NCBI GenBank assembly: GCA_965226795.1
Contig: CBDDDZ010000005.1
Coordinates: 2,240,001 to 2,304,000 of the forward strand
Direction of reading: 5' to 3'
From: Candidatus Latescibacterota bacterium
Lineage (GTDB): Bacteria; Latescibacterota; UBA2968; GCA-2709665
DNA length: 64,000 nt
Positions 39,321-50,089 of this stretch are shown here, in pieces (the first letter of the stretch is position 1; every line of letters starts with the position of its first letter). A model generated the notes under the pieces. It saw nothing but the letters and a program-made list of their open reading frames with translations, searched no databases and was not told the DNA's origin. Made by a program: the position numbers and the translations under genes.

Positions 39321-40382
39321 CTATTTCAAGAAGTCCTCGCAACCCCAATCCACGAAGGCTTCGATTGCGAATTTCATCGAAATCACTCGCTTCCAGATCA
39401 GCGGACAAAAGACGCACGAAATGATCGAAAGCTGGAAGTCGTATTCGAATTCGTCACGGGAATAGTCGCTGATTCCACCGGCAATCAGTCCATCGTAATA
39501 CTGGTTCATCAGGCCGCTCTCAAATTGGCGCCGCCCACTCGTACCATGAACCAGCAGATATGCGAGATCATAGGCGCCGATGCCGCGTTTATACGTCTCC
39601 CAGTCAAAAAGGATCAGCTTGTCAGACGCCTTATTCTTCGGGTAGTAGAGATTCCACATATGGGCATCGCCGTGCAATAAAGTGATATTCCGCCCATCTG
39701 AGACGCGTGCGAGAAATACTTTAGGGTATCTTGCAATCGCCCGTTCGGTTGTCTCGATCCAGGCGGGCTGCAGTTCGTCGCCTGCCTCTTTCACGAAATC
39801 CTCAAGCGCAGGTTCGAACGCGCGACAACTCGCATGAACGTCCTTTTCGGCGATGGCCTGCGCCATCCGTAGCGGACCGCCATGGCGAACGTAAAAGGGC
39901 CATGTTTCCAGCCGTGGATGGTTCCACCACCGAACGTGGTATTTGAGCAATTCCGCGACGACCTGGTCGTGGGGGCGATCCTTTGCGTTCATTGGCGGTT
40001 CGGTATGCGTCCTGGAAAGGTCGGCCATTATAAGGTGGCAAATCTTATTTTCATGGTCGATTCCGCCGTCATAGACGGGGCAGACATGCGCTCCGGGTGT
40101 ATTGGTCGCAAGTTCGTTGTAAAAAGCCCACTCGAGGACGCCGCCCCCAAACCACCCTTTTCGAAAGACCTTCAGCACAAGCGCATTCGATACACCGCCA
40201 TCGCAATCATCGCTGAATTCAACGGTGAGCCGATCCCATTCTGCGGCAGAGGTTTCGAAGGAATCGGTCTTCTCGACGGAAAGGACCCGTCCGGATCGAA
40301 TGAAACCGTTCCGGGCCAATCTTCCGGTCAGTTCTGCTGGCGTGATTTGCTTCGCTTCGGTGATTGGATCCGATAGCTCCAT
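39321..40382 (-). CDS. Phosphotransferase (APH/EcKinase-like)
   Basis: LVLKV, EWAFY, LLHGDAHMWN and LFDWE. Confidence 0.85.
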   Translation of the reverse strand: MELSDPITEAKQITPAELTGRLARNGFIRSGRVLSVEKTDSFETSAAEWDRLTVEFSDDCDGGVSNALVLKVFRKGWFGGGVLEWAFYNELATNTPGAHVCPVYDGGIDHENKICHLIMADLSRTHTEPPMNAKDRPHDQVVAELLKYHVRWWNHPRLETWPFYVRHGGPLRMAQAIAEKDVHASCRAFEPALEDFVKEAGDELQPAWIETTERAIARYPKVFLARVSDGRNITLLHGDAHMWNLYYPKNKASDKLILFDWETYKRGIGAYDLAYLLVHGTSGRRQFESGLMNQYYDGLIAGGISDYSRDEFEYDFQLSIISCVFCPLIWKRVISMKFAIEAFVDWGCEDFLK

Positions 40383-40458
40383 CCGTGAGTCTCCTCATAA
40401 TTCCATTTGATTTGGCTCTATCGATACACAATACACACGGTGACCGCTGGCGGCCTCG

Positions 40459-40529
40459 CCGTGCGCGAACTGCCGGAATCAGTTGGGCGGGGGTGCGGAT
40501 GCACCGAACCGCGCACGGACGTGTTAGCC
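40459..40529 (-). other. Degenerate attC-like hairpin
   Basis: Minus-strand GGCTAAC after the methyltransferase; CCGTGCGCG/CGCGCACGG stem; distal box lost. Confidence 0.35.
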
Positions 40530-40574
40530 GAAGCTGCCAGTCTCCGCAACACTTTAGGCGTCGCGGGTCACTTT

Positions 40575-41380
40575 TCAGGCGCGCGGCCTTCCCCAGGATA
40601 CCCGCGTTTGCAGATCGAAGCTGAGAATCCCGGCTTCGTCAGCATACTCGAGGAGGATGCTCGACAACCTGGCGTCAAAGGCCGTTGCGTTATCCGGTCC
40701 CATGTGTTCAACTGACAAACTCTCCCGCGAATGAAACGATCCGACGTAGTCCCGAATCGATTGTGAAAAACGAACGGGGCTGGTCAGCTTATCGCCCAGC
40801 GGCAGGAAGTCGTCACGGTTCCGGAGTTCCTGAATCAAATCGATGTCCTCGTAGTGCCGGTTGGTCGAATACTTGCGGATCAGCTGAAGCTCTGCTTCAC
40901 GCCAGGGCGACTCCAAAGGACGGTCTCCTTCGATAATGACGACGCGCCCACCACATCCGACATCGCATTCTTGAATCGTGGAAAGACTACGCTCCACTCC
41001 ATCCAGTGAATACTTGCGCCCGCTGTCACCAGGGAGTACGGCGGGTTCCATTCTACGTCCTCGACGCGTCCGTGGATCCATCTCAGGCGTGGATGGTCAC
41101 CGTTCCGTAGCGACTTTCCCACACGGATCATTTCCTGTGAAAAGTCGATTGAGTCCACGCCTTCCGTGTAATCCACAAGCAGCCGCGCGATCTTCCCAGG
41201 ACCGCATCCAGCATCCAATACCCTGCCCGAAGACTCACCAAGTAAGTCCCTGAGTATGTCGTACGTCTCTTCCGGATATGGAGGTCGAAGTCCGTAGGCG
41301 TCGGCCAGGCTTTTGTTCTTGAATCGGGACGCGTGACTATCCCAGTATTGGCGCGGCCTCGCGGAGATTCCTGTGGCCAT
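40575..41380 (-). pseudogene. Class I SAM-dependent methyltransferase (copy B), 2-bp insertion near 40955
   Basis: Collinear with 34858-35661; an extra CA relative to copy A breaks the frame. Confidence 0.85.
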
Positions 41381-41391
41381 CCTGATCAACC

Positions 41392-41429
41392 TCCTAACCT
41401 GATCAATTCATGAAATGTCACGGTTAGCT
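41392..41429 (-). other. Short palindromic attC-like remnant
   Basis: Plus strand CTAACC-TGA...TCA-C-GGTTAG near-palindrome with an unpaired base, just upstream of a gene start. Confidence 0.35.
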
Positions 41430-41660
41430 GCTTTATTCGCCAATCAATCAGCTCCGCCGCCGCACAATGGCGTGTCGAGCCATTGAAGATGCGCGTGTGA
41501 AGGTGGGGTAGTCATTCCTGTCTGCGCTTCTCATTGTCCTTCTGCCGGAATGCAGACAGAAGTGATCCAATAGATAGCGCCCTCCTTTTTCCAGTGGAGG
41601 TGACGGCGGCGAGTTTTGGTGTGCCCCGACACAGGATTCCGAGGTTCCGGATTCAGGTAC

Positions 41661-41688
41661 GTGAGCAGACAAGAATGTCCGCTCCACC
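41661..41688 (-). repeat. GTGG-type REP palindrome
   Basis: GTGG-AGCGGAC-ATTCTT-GTCTGCT. Confidence 0.5.
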
Positions 41689-41719
41689 ATTTCAAGCGTG
41701 TATTGTCGGGATTCCGACT

Positions 41720-42475
41720 CTACAATATCGGCTTGAATCCGGCTTGAAGAATCCTCTGGGCTGATGACTCGCCAAAGGGCGCGCCACACCCCCTGAGGTC
41801 GCCCACGACGGTGTGGTAATTGTAGTTCAATCTGTGATTCGCCACGTGCCATTCCCGCCCATCCCACGACACCGTGGCATATCCGACCCGATGGTCGCCG
41901 TCAAACGGAAACCCGACGGAATCGATGATCGCATAACGCTGGCCGCAAGGCGCGCCACTGGACGCGTAGTGGAGGTGCCCCGCCACAATCAGATTGGCCT
42001 CCGCATCCCCGAGCAGGACCCTGGCCTCCTCCTCCGGTGTAACCGTCAGAAGCCCGAAAGGATCAGGCTGGAGAACCAGCACACCGGTCACGTCAGCAGG
42101 CGTCGCGTGGACGATGAGAAGATCATCTTCCGGAGATGTGCCTCCCGGCGGGGTTATCCTGCGCTCAAACGGCAGACGCTTCAGATAGTTCAATCCATCT
42201 GATCCAAGCCTCTCTCTCACCCAGTCCACGCCGTCGAAGGAATATTCTTCATCAAAGACGAACAGGTCTGCGTTGCCGTAAATCGTGGGTGCATCTAGAT
42301 CCCGTATCGTGTCCAGGCTTTCGCGCGGGCGGGGTCCGTTCAGCACCAGGTCGCCAGCGACCACCAGACAGTCATACGGTCGACGCTTGAGATCCTCGAG
42401 AACGGCGTTGAGCGCAACGGCGTTGCCGTGAATATCTGCAATTACCGCAACTGTATATGGCACGGAATCACTCAT
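41720..42475 (-). CDS. Metallophosphoesterase (calcineurin-like)
   Basis: ADIHGN, GDLV, GNAD, VHATP and GHLH. Confidence 0.9.
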   Translation of the reverse strand: MSDSVPYTVAVIADIHGNAVALNAVLEDLKRRPYDCLVVAGDLVLNGPRPRESLDTIRDLDAPTIYGNADLFVFDEEYSFDGVDWVRERLGSDGLNYLKRLPFERRITPPGGTSPEDDLLIVHATPADVTGVLVLQPDPFGLLTVTPEEEARVLLGDAEANLIVAGHLHYASSGAPCGQRYAIIDSVGFPFDGDHRVGYATVSWDGREWHVANHRLNYNYHTVVGDLRGCGAPFGESSAQRILQAGFKPIL

Positions 42476-42755
42476 TCAAAGCTCGAAATCCTGGCGGCGC
42501 AACGTGAAATCCGCCGGCGGCGGGGCGGAACGAAGTGAAGCTGCGGCTTGAATTTATCTGACACGCAGGCTTTTCACAAGAACCATCAGTCAGGCATTTG
42601 TACAATGTTTTCAGGCGCTGTGATAACGTCCCACGGTCTGCGAACACCGACGGGGTTGCCGAAAGTCAAGGCGCCCTTCCACAAGCTCAGAATGAATTCC
42701 GCGCCGGAGCCGGGCACGGTCGTGATAATGGATGTGGGATGCATTCAACCGTTAG

Positions 42756-43225
42756 TCAAACTGAAGTCAGGTCAAGAGCAAGGTGAACCTCGCCGCCAAA
42801 GTGACCCTCCTGATGGTGTGTGACACGAAAACCGAATCGCTTGTAGAACTCGATAATGTCAGACCAGGTAGAAGTCGTTTCCAGGACAATGCGTTGAAAT
42901 CCCAACTCTTTAGCCTCCTGACAGAGCCTTTCCGGCATTTTTCCACCGATTCCTCGTCTCCGAATCTCCGGTGCCACGGACATCCTGGCTATCTCTGCGA
43001 CCTGGTCTGACCTGGGATCAGTGCACCCGAGCCGATAATTCTGCCATCAAGCCAGGCTACCAGAAACGTGGCATCGTTGTAACTGTCACGGATGTCGTTC
43101 AAATCCGGATTTAATGTCGGATCAATTTCCCCCCCGTGTTCGGCAAGTCCAGCTAAAATTAGACTCCGGACAGCGTCTTGATCCTCGCTCTCAAATGGCT
43201 TTATCAATTTTGCCTTTACGTCCAC
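42756..43225 (-). pseudogene. GNAT N-acetyltransferase, frameshifted near 43015
   Basis: IIGSGAL, then RMSVAPEIRRRGIG and FYKRFGF in the adjacent frame; one C missing from a CCC run. Confidence 0.78.
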
Positions 43226-43298
43226 GCTAACCTCAATGATTTTTTCATTTCATGTAGCGTTCTCGGCACCCGCGAACCTGCCGACCCATCGCGAATGC

Positions 43299-43393
43299 TG
43301 TCAACGGATCCCCATAGTTGCAGACCAGCTACGCGGGTGGCAGGTTTCAGCGCAGGCGCGAACGCGCCGAAGCCGTGGGTGCTCGTGTTAGCT
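43299..43393 (-). other. attC-like site (95 bp)
   Basis: Minus strand AGCTAAC...CCCACGGCT//AACTATGGG...GTTGACA; paired inner boxes, unpaired spacers and an inner GGCGCG hairpin. Confidence 0.5.
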
Positions 43394-43583
43394 GCTGTTT
43401 GCGACTTGGAGGGGCACCCCGCAAAAGGTCCGATGTCAGAAAAGGGTGAGTGGTGTTATATTCTTCCTGAAAAAGATAGGTGGAAATTCGCCCTTCTCCA
43501 AGTTTTCTGTCACCTTTCCGAACCTGAATGACACTTTATATCGAAGGCCTTCGAGCGAATTCTTCTTGGTGAAGGAACATTGC

Positions 43584-45051
43584 ATGCAGTCAAGTTGTGA
43601 CCTTGTCAGGGCTGCCTCCGACGGTGACCCGACGAAGCGGCATGCCGCGTTTGAGTGTCTGGTACGTCAGTTTCAAAACGTGGCTTACGGATGCGCGTAC
43701 GGGATTTTGGGTAATTTTCATCTCGCTCAGGACGCTTCACAGGATGCGTTCCTTACCGCGTACACCGAGCTCGGAAAATTGGAAGCTCCCGAGGCGTTTC
43801 CCGGATGGTTTAAGCGAATTGTGATACGGAAGGCACTCCGCCTTATTCAGACTCGCCGTCTCCCGTTCGAGCCGATTGAGGTAGCCTTGAGTGTTTCCAC
43901 AGATGGTCCGGACCAGATGGAACAGATAGAAACTCAGGAAACGCAGTCGTTGGTTCACGCGGCTATCGAGGCTCTCCCTGAGCACGAGCGGACTGTCACG
44001 GTACTGTTCTACTTGACTGAATACTCTCAAAAGAAGATCGCCGAATTCTTGGACCTGTCGCTGCCATCGGTGAAGAAACGGCTACTAGAGGTCCCGGAAG
44101 CGGCTTGAGGAAAGGATAATAAGGATGGTGGATGATACGCTTGAGGGCCATCGGCCTTCCAGAGACGATAGATTCGCCAACGAGGTGGTGGAGATAATTC
44201 GGGCGACAGAAGCGGGCGATCTTTCCAAACTCGCAGCTCTCCTGGCCCGCAACCCAGGTCTAGTCGATTCTAATGCACCTCTGTCAAACTCGTATCCCGT
44301 ACAGGCAAGGGGCTGGAAACCTCTGCATATAGCAGCTTGGCACGGCCATACAAAGGCCGTTGAGTTTCTCCTTGAACAAGGAGCAAAAATTAACGCTCCG
44401 TGCGGATCGAACCGGACACCGCTCCATTACGCAATCGAAGCGGGAAGTCAGGAAACCCGGCAACTACTGTTAGATAACGGAGCAGATGTCGACATTACGA
44501 TTGCGTCCATACTAGGTATGACGGACCGAGTGAAGGACTTGCTTGCGAAAGATCCCAAACTGGCGAATGACAGTTCCAAGGGGCATACTCCGTTGGAGTG
44601 GGCTGCTTGGGGTGGGAGAGTTGATGTAGCCCAGATTCTGTTGGAACACGGAGCCAAGATTCGAGGAGAGGCCATATTCATCCCAGCGGCCAACGGAAGT
44701 GTGACGTTCCTCCGCTTTCTATTGGATCATGGCGCAAACCCCAATGCCCGATCTGGAGGTCGAAATGACGCTCCTCAGTTTGACCATACCGTGCTCCACG
44801 CGGCTGTTAGGATGCCATTCACCAGTGACAACACAGGAGTGATAGAGCTACTGATAGAGCGCGGTGCGGACGTGAATGCGTTGGACGAAGCGGGTAGGAC
44901 GCCTTTGGATCGAGCGCTCGAGAAGGGAGCCGATGGGCCGTATACCGCAAATCCCTATGAAACATCGAATGAGCAGAAGGAATACGACAAGATCATCGCT
45001 CTGTTTGGTAAACACGGAGGGAAGACAAGCGAAGAGCCTGTATCGGCTTAG
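43584..45051 (+). pseudogene. ECF sigma factor fused to ankyrin repeats, split by one extra base near 44086
   Basis: Sigma region 2 (AQDASQDAFL, FPGWFKRI) and region 4 (LPEHER, SQKKIAEFL); deleting T44086 gives VKKRLQRSRKRLEERIIRMVDD in frame with the ankyrin ORF. Confidence 0.8.
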
Positions 45052-45070
45052 TCAGACGAGAATGCAATCG

Positions 45071-45104
45071 AAAACTGGCGGTCCCAGTGCGGGGCCGCCT
45101 TTTT
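45071..45104. terminator. Intrinsic terminator between convergent genes
   Basis: GGCGGTCCC-AGTGC-GGGGCCGCC stem, followed by TTTTT and preceded by AAAA. Confidence 0.75.
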
Positions 45105-45264
45105 ACTGTCGCAAATTGCAGCTAACGACGGCATTAGCGAACAGATACGGCAATACGGATCAGATCCGAGGATTCCCGAACGCATGGTAACATATCGGTT
45201 TGACGGCGGCCTGGTACCGGAACGTGATGAATCCACTCAAGCCCCGTCAGCTTCCATAAGACAC

Positions 45265-46581
45265 CTAATCATCCCCGTTTTCGCTTTTCGCCAGACTGGC
45301 ACAGACCAGTTCTTCATCGTTTCGGGCGAACACATGTTTGTAAGCAAACGCAGGATGCGCCCACGTGACGCCGCCTCTACGATTCAACTGGTCGCGCGTC
45401 GGTTCGATCAGTTTCGCGCGGCTGATGATATCCAGTCCGTCGGGCGAAAGCGTGGTAATCAGGAGTTCGCCGCGCTCATTGAACATCCAGACCCTATCGC
45501 CGTTCCTGATAAAATGGATGTTGCTCCAGCGGGCCTTGGGTACCGCTGTCAGGTCTTCCCAGATCCGATCGCCGTTTCGGGCATCGAGACAGCGGAGTTC
45601 CCCGTAGCTATCCACACCGTATATAAAATCGCCAAGTCGGATCGGAGTTGACATCGTGGAATGGAGGGCCTCCGTGTTCCTCTCGTCCTTACCCTTCCGG
45701 TGCCACCCGAATTGCATCGTCGGCTTAGCCGGATTCAGTTTCAACAGCAACGAACCTTCATAGAAATCAGTAAAAAACAACTCGTTCCCATAAAGAACCG
45801 GACTTGCGATCCCGATCTCCATACGAGTCGGCGGGAACGGATGGAGCCAATACACGCTGCCTGTCTGCGGGTTGAGACCGGCGATTTGCGTACCTGTCCA
45901 ACAGACCAGTACACGCTGGTTACCCTGTGAGATCACAATCGGGGCCGAGTACGATGCCTTGTCGTCAAGGGCCTTCCATCTTTCAGTTCCGGTTTCGCGG
46001 TCGAAAGCGACGATGCAGGCTCCGGGCGTACCGCCGATCTGGACGATCAGGTTTGAACCTTCAACGATAGGCGCGCTCGCAATTCCCCACGTTGGCATCG
46101 CGATATTGTAGTCGGTTTTAAGATCCCTTTTCCACTTCAATTCGCCCGTCGCCGCATCAAAGCAGTGGAGATGCCCCATCGCTCCCAGGGAATAAGCAAG
46201 GCCATTGTGAACGGTAACTGTCGCGCGGGGACCTGCAACATATTCAATCCTGTACTCGCAATCGTACGTGTAGGACCAGATCGGTTCTCCCGTTTCCCAC
46301 GCAAAACAGTGAACCCGCTCGACCTGTTTCGGTTTCGCAAGACGGTCAGTAACGTAAACGCGCCCGTCCGCGACGCTCGGGCCGCTATAACCGCTGCCGA
46401 TCGGCACTCGCCAGCGGATCGGGATCTTGGGTCCGTCGAATGCTTCCAATATCCCGGTTTCACTCCAGACTCCGTCTCGTGCCGGTCCTCGCCACTGCGG
46501 CCATTCATCGGCCAAAACCGAAGAGAGGGGGATCAACACAGCGAGCAACAATAGTGTAAATCTCAATTGTAACCGGTTCAT
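45265..46581 (-). CDS. PQQ-binding-like beta-propeller repeat protein (secreted)
   Basis: Signal peptide, WPQWRGPARDG and repeated CFD..TGE..W blades. Confidence 0.9.
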   Translation of the reverse strand: MNRLQLRFTLLLLAVLIPLSSVLADEWPQWRGPARDGVWSETGILEAFDGPKIPIRWRVPIGSGYSGPSVADGRVYVTDRLAKPKQVERVHCFAWETGEPIWSYTYDCEYRIEYVAGPRATVTVHNGLAYSLGAMGHLHCFDAATGELKWKRDLKTDYNIAMPTWGIASAPIVEGSNLIVQIGGTPGACIVAFDRETGTERWKALDDKASYSAPIVISQGNQRVLVCWTGTQIAGLNPQTGSVYWLHPFPPTRMEIGIASPVLYGNELFFTDFYEGSLLLKLNPAKPTMQFGWHRKGKDERNTEALHSTMSTPIRLGDFIYGVDSYGELRCLDARNGDRIWEDLTAVPKARWSNIHFIRNGDRVWMFNERGELLITTLSPDGLDIISRAKLIEPTRDQLNRRGGVTWAHPAFAYKHVFARNDEELVCASLAKSENGDD

Positions 46582-46741
46582 GGTTTATCCTGTCCTTTCC
46601 ACTGTCACGTCCATCTGTTCAACGAAAACGATGTCCCCGGCCTTCGGGTCGGCAGGGCGCGACGTGTGTACCCGGGTTGCCGGACGGTTTGCAAACCGGG
46701 AAAGGGGTGCCCGGGACCAGGGAACGTAGTAATTGAAGAAC

Positions 46742-46776
46742 AAGCCGGCTATCACCGGTTGTGCCGGCTTTTTTTA
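46742..46776 (+). terminator. Possible intrinsic terminator
   Basis: AAGCCGGC...GCCGGCTT stem followed by a T run. Confidence 0.4.
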
Positions 46777-46987
46777 TCGGAAAAAGAAAAAAGGAACTGC
46801 CACCGGCTGCCGAAACTCCCGTGCATATGCAGGATGCGGCTGGTAAGTCACAAACCTCCTTTTCTCTTCATCAAGGTAACAAGACGATGGATGTCCACCA
46901 AATCGGGTCAAGTCCCATAAACACCAGACGCCGTATGGCGCAGCGCAAATGGATGTGACAGCGGGCGTTGGAATTTTCACGAATGAT

Positions 46988-47776
46988 TCAGCCCGACAAG
47001 GGCGTTATGACTATTTCATCATTGATTTTGTCAATATCGCAGAATAATAACTCCTCCTCAGTGTATGAAGCTCTCACCAGAATCCGTCCCGAAGCATCAC
47101 AAATGATCGAACTTCCCAATATGCGATCTTCAGCCATCGCACTAATCTGAGCAACATAGTTTGACTGAATCACGGGAATACCAAACGTCTGAGATATCGT
47201 CTGGGCTCCGTCGCCACATCCGTCTTCGGTAATGCGCCGCTCCGAATCTATGGTACTTGTCGATACCGATGGCCATAAGATCACATCGCTATCCTCCAAG
47301 CCTCTACCTTTCACTCGATCAAGAAAGCTCGACTCTGCGCAGAAAACAGAGCCGAAGCGAAATGGACCAATTCGTATGGGCGAACGATCCTGCGCTTCGA
47401 CAAATGCCCACACCTTCTTCCAGCCGTCAACGAGAAAGGTTCTGGCCCCCCCTAAAACGGGTGCTTTTCCGGGCTGGAGCAGTAACAACGCGTTGAGATA
47501 GCCTTTTCCCGATGAATACGGCGTACCGATGAGGGTTCTGACATTTACTCTACAAGCAGCGTCGTTTATTTCCGATATCGCATTCTCGACGCCTTGATAC
47601 CAATTGGGTTCTCTAAAAAAGCTGTGCAGGTGAAAATCATAGCCTATTAGCATCATCTCCGGAAAGACCATTAACTCGGCATTGTGCTCCGATGCTTTCT
47701 CCATCCATCTTGTAATCGTTGCGACATTCTCAGCTATAGTCGCTGACATCACCGGCTGTACTGAGCAGACCTTCAT
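46988..47776 (-). CDS. Carbon-nitrogen hydrolase family protein (divergent)
   Basis: VFPE, YLNAL and FCAE motifs; the catalytic Lys position appears to be Arg. Confidence 0.75.
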   Translation of the reverse strand: MKVCSVQPVMSATIAENVATITRWMEKASEHNAELMVFPEMMLIGYDFHLHSFFREPNWYQGVENAISEINDAACRVNVRTLIGTPYSSGKGYLNALLLLQPGKAPVLGGARTFLVDGWKKVWAFVEAQDRSPIRIGPFRFGSVFCAESSFLDRVKGRGLEDSDVILWPSVSTSTIDSERRITEDGCGDGAQTISQTFGIPVIQSNYVAQISAMAEDRILGSSIICDASGRILVRASYTEEELLFCDIDKINDEIVITPLSG

Positions 47777-47807
47777 TTGTACCCCGCCATGGAAGTTATC
47801 CAATGTC

Positions 47808-47886
47808 CTCTAACGATCTTGCAGGCTCCTACCCGGCGCAGACGGCTTCTGCGAATGCACCGGAGCCGCAGCCTGTCGCGTTGGCC
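47808..47886 (-). other. attC-like site (79 bp), best preserved in the window
   Basis: Minus strand GGCCAAC-gcga-CAGGCT...CCGGTGCA//TGCGCCGG...AGCCTG-caagatc-GTTAGAG, about 32 nt upstream of ATG 47776. Confidence 0.6.
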
Positions 47887-48060
47887 ACCCGACGTACCCG
47901 ATGCGTGCCTGCCAGAACGCCACGCCCGCATGCTCACAGGAATCACTGTAACGTTCCGTTCGCTGCACAAGGTCACATCGTGTCCGAAGCATTCAACGGG
48001 ATCCAATGACCTATACAGGTTGTCCACGGCCCATGAATGTGCACACGCCACGGGGCTTCG

Positions 48061-48400
48061 GGTTCCAGTTGACCGGCCTGAATCCGGCTTGAACAATCCC
48101 CGGGGCGGAAGACTCACCAGGTGGCGCACCGCAGCGCCGAACATCCTCGACAACCCTGCGGTAATCGCAACTCAATCTGTTATGCGATGTCTCTCCTCGT
48201 GACAACGAGAAGAATGTGGTCGCCAACCGAGATGTCCTTCTCGATGAGTGACCGACGCACGAAGGCACGAACCGTCTCTCTGACATCTTTCGTAGCCATT
48301 TTAGTCCTGCACATTGGCATAGAAATTGACGATGTTCCGGTCCGGATCCCGAAACCAGAAGGATTGGCGCACCCACGGTTGGGTTGTCGGCGGCTTGACC
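48061..48400 (-). pseudogene. Mosaic of remnants: VOC C-terminus (48301-48400) and metallophosphoesterase tail (48061-48185)
   Basis: PTTQPWVRQSFWFRDPDRNIVNFY*; HNRLSCDYRRVVEDVRRCGAPPGESSAPGIVQAGFRP matches the C-terminus of 41720-42475. Confidence 0.6.
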
Positions 48401-48444
48401 CGCGGCTCCGTCGTGCCCACCACAACATAAGAAAATTTGAATAC

Positions 48445-49257
48445 TCACGGCTCGATCGCTGGACACCAGTCGGCGGCAAAATCATTGGCCGAGCTATTGG
48501 AGAGATTAATCAGATTCCCGCCGTCGAAATCGATCCGGTAAATCTGCTGACGGCCGTCTCTGTTGGCCGTAAAGACGATTTGCTGACCCGTCGGAGACCA
48601 TGAAAGTTCTCCAACGCCCTTTTCAAGGTCCGTGAGGCGTCTGGGGTGGGACCCATCCGCCTTCATGACGTAGACGTGCCTTTCACCGTCACGGTCCGAG
48701 TTGAAGGCAATCCACCTGCCGTCCGGTGACCAGGCAGGATCCCCGTCGTCGCCCTGCGAAACGTGCAGCCGTCGCTGCCCGCTGCCATCCGAGTTCATCA
48801 CGTAGATTTGCGATTTTCCATCACGGTCCGTGGTGAACGCAATCTGAGAGCCGTCAGGGGAATAGGTCGATTCCAGTTCGCGCGCCGGATGATTGGTCAG
48901 GTTTCTCTGGTTTGAGCCGTCGCGGTTCATCGCGTAGATTTCTACGTTGTCGTTGCGATCAGTGGTAAAGATGATCGTCTGTCCATCCGGCGACCAATGC
49001 GGACGAAGATCGGGTGCGGAATTGCGGGTCAGTCGCTTTGGATTCCTCCCATCTGCATCGATCAGGTAGATTTCCCCCTTACCGTGACGGCGGTCGCAGT
49101 ACGCGATGCACGTGCCGTCGGGCGACCAGCGAGGATGATCTTCCTCCCATTCCGCGGTACGGGTAATATTCTTCTGATTGCTTCCGTCCGCGTTCATTAA
49201 GAAGAGATCAAAGGTCCCGTCCCGATCGCTGACAAACGTGATCTTCGAAGACTCCAT
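48445..49257 (-). CDS. TolB-like PD40 beta-propeller protein without a signal peptide
   Basis: Repeated PxWSPDG..IAF..DRDG...IY.M..DG blades. Confidence 0.88.
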   Translation of the reverse strand: MESSKITFVSDRDGTFDLFLMNADGSNQKNITRTAEWEEDHPRWSPDGTCIAYCDRRHGKGEIYLIDADGRNPKRLTRNSAPDLRPHWSPDGQTIIFTTDRNDNVEIYAMNRDGSNQRNLTNHPARELESTYSPDGSQIAFTTDRDGKSQIYVMNSDGSGQRRLHVSQGDDGDPAWSPDGRWIAFNSDRDGERHVYVMKADGSHPRRLTDLEKGVGELSWSPTGQQIVFTANRDGRQQIYRIDFDGGNLINLSNSSANDFAADWCPAIEP

Positions 49258-49396
49258 GGCTGTGCTCTCTCAGGCGATCAATGTGACAATGCAGAGCGGT
49301 TAACGTCCAGGTTGGCCCGAAGGTGCAGCCGCGGCGTGTGTGCTGCGGTGATGTGTTGCGACAAGTCCGTGAGCCAAGTCCCTGAAATAAAAGAAG

Positions 49397-50077
49397 CTAG
49401 ACTTCATGTTTCCTCAGGACGAGAAGCTCATCTTCCGTCAGAGCCTCAAGCGTAAAGTTGAACCGGTCCGCATCCAGACACATTTCAACATCTCGTGGAT
49501 TCACTCCCTTGTACCCCGCCGCTGCGGCCTGACGGATGTCGATCGCTGCTTTGGACTCGGAAGCTCTTCGGATATATGGGGCTGGATCAATTGCGGGATC
49601 TCGAATGAGAGCATCGATATATTCGGCGCACGCCAGATCCTCTTCAGCCGTCCCCTCCTCACCCGTCACGACATAGGTCAACTCCGTCGGCGTCAGTTCG
49701 CGCAACCTCCGAGCGGCGGCCGATGCGCAGACGAAGCCCGTGCAGAGTAGTGGTTTGCAATGGCGAACGGCGACGGCGCCAATCGTTCCGGCAGTTGTCC
49801 GCTGCACGATGGTTTTGCCGCGAATATCCACTTCCTGCAGGTCCGCGGGTGAATTATACAGATCGAAACCCTTTGCTGGCGCACCATCCTTCAATGCCAG
49901 GGATCCCGGAAATCGTGCCTTGATTTGCAGTGCTTCTTCAAGATCTTTAACCAGAATCATACGGGACGCGCCTTTGTGCATGGCCCATGCGGCAACGGTA
50001 TATGCTCGCATTACGTCGATTACAACTGCTGCGCCCGAAACAGATTCACACTCCCCGATACCTACAAATCTTGCCAT
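49397..50077 (-). CDS. comB: 2-phosphosulfolactate phosphatase family protein
   Basis: VVIDVMRA, FDLYNSP, TTAGT and EDLACA. Confidence 0.82.
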   Translation of the reverse strand: MARFVGIGECESVSGAAVVIDVMRAYTVAAWAMHKGASRMILVKDLEEALQIKARFPGSLALKDGAPAKGFDLYNSPADLQEVDIRGKTIVQRTTAGTIGAVAVRHCKPLLCTGFVCASAAARRLRELTPTELTYVVTGEEGTAEEDLACAEYIDALIRDPAIDPAPYIRRASESKAAIDIRQAAAAGYKGVNPRDVEMCLDADRFNFTLEALTEDELLVLRKHEV

Positions 50078-50089
50078 GGAATATCCGCC

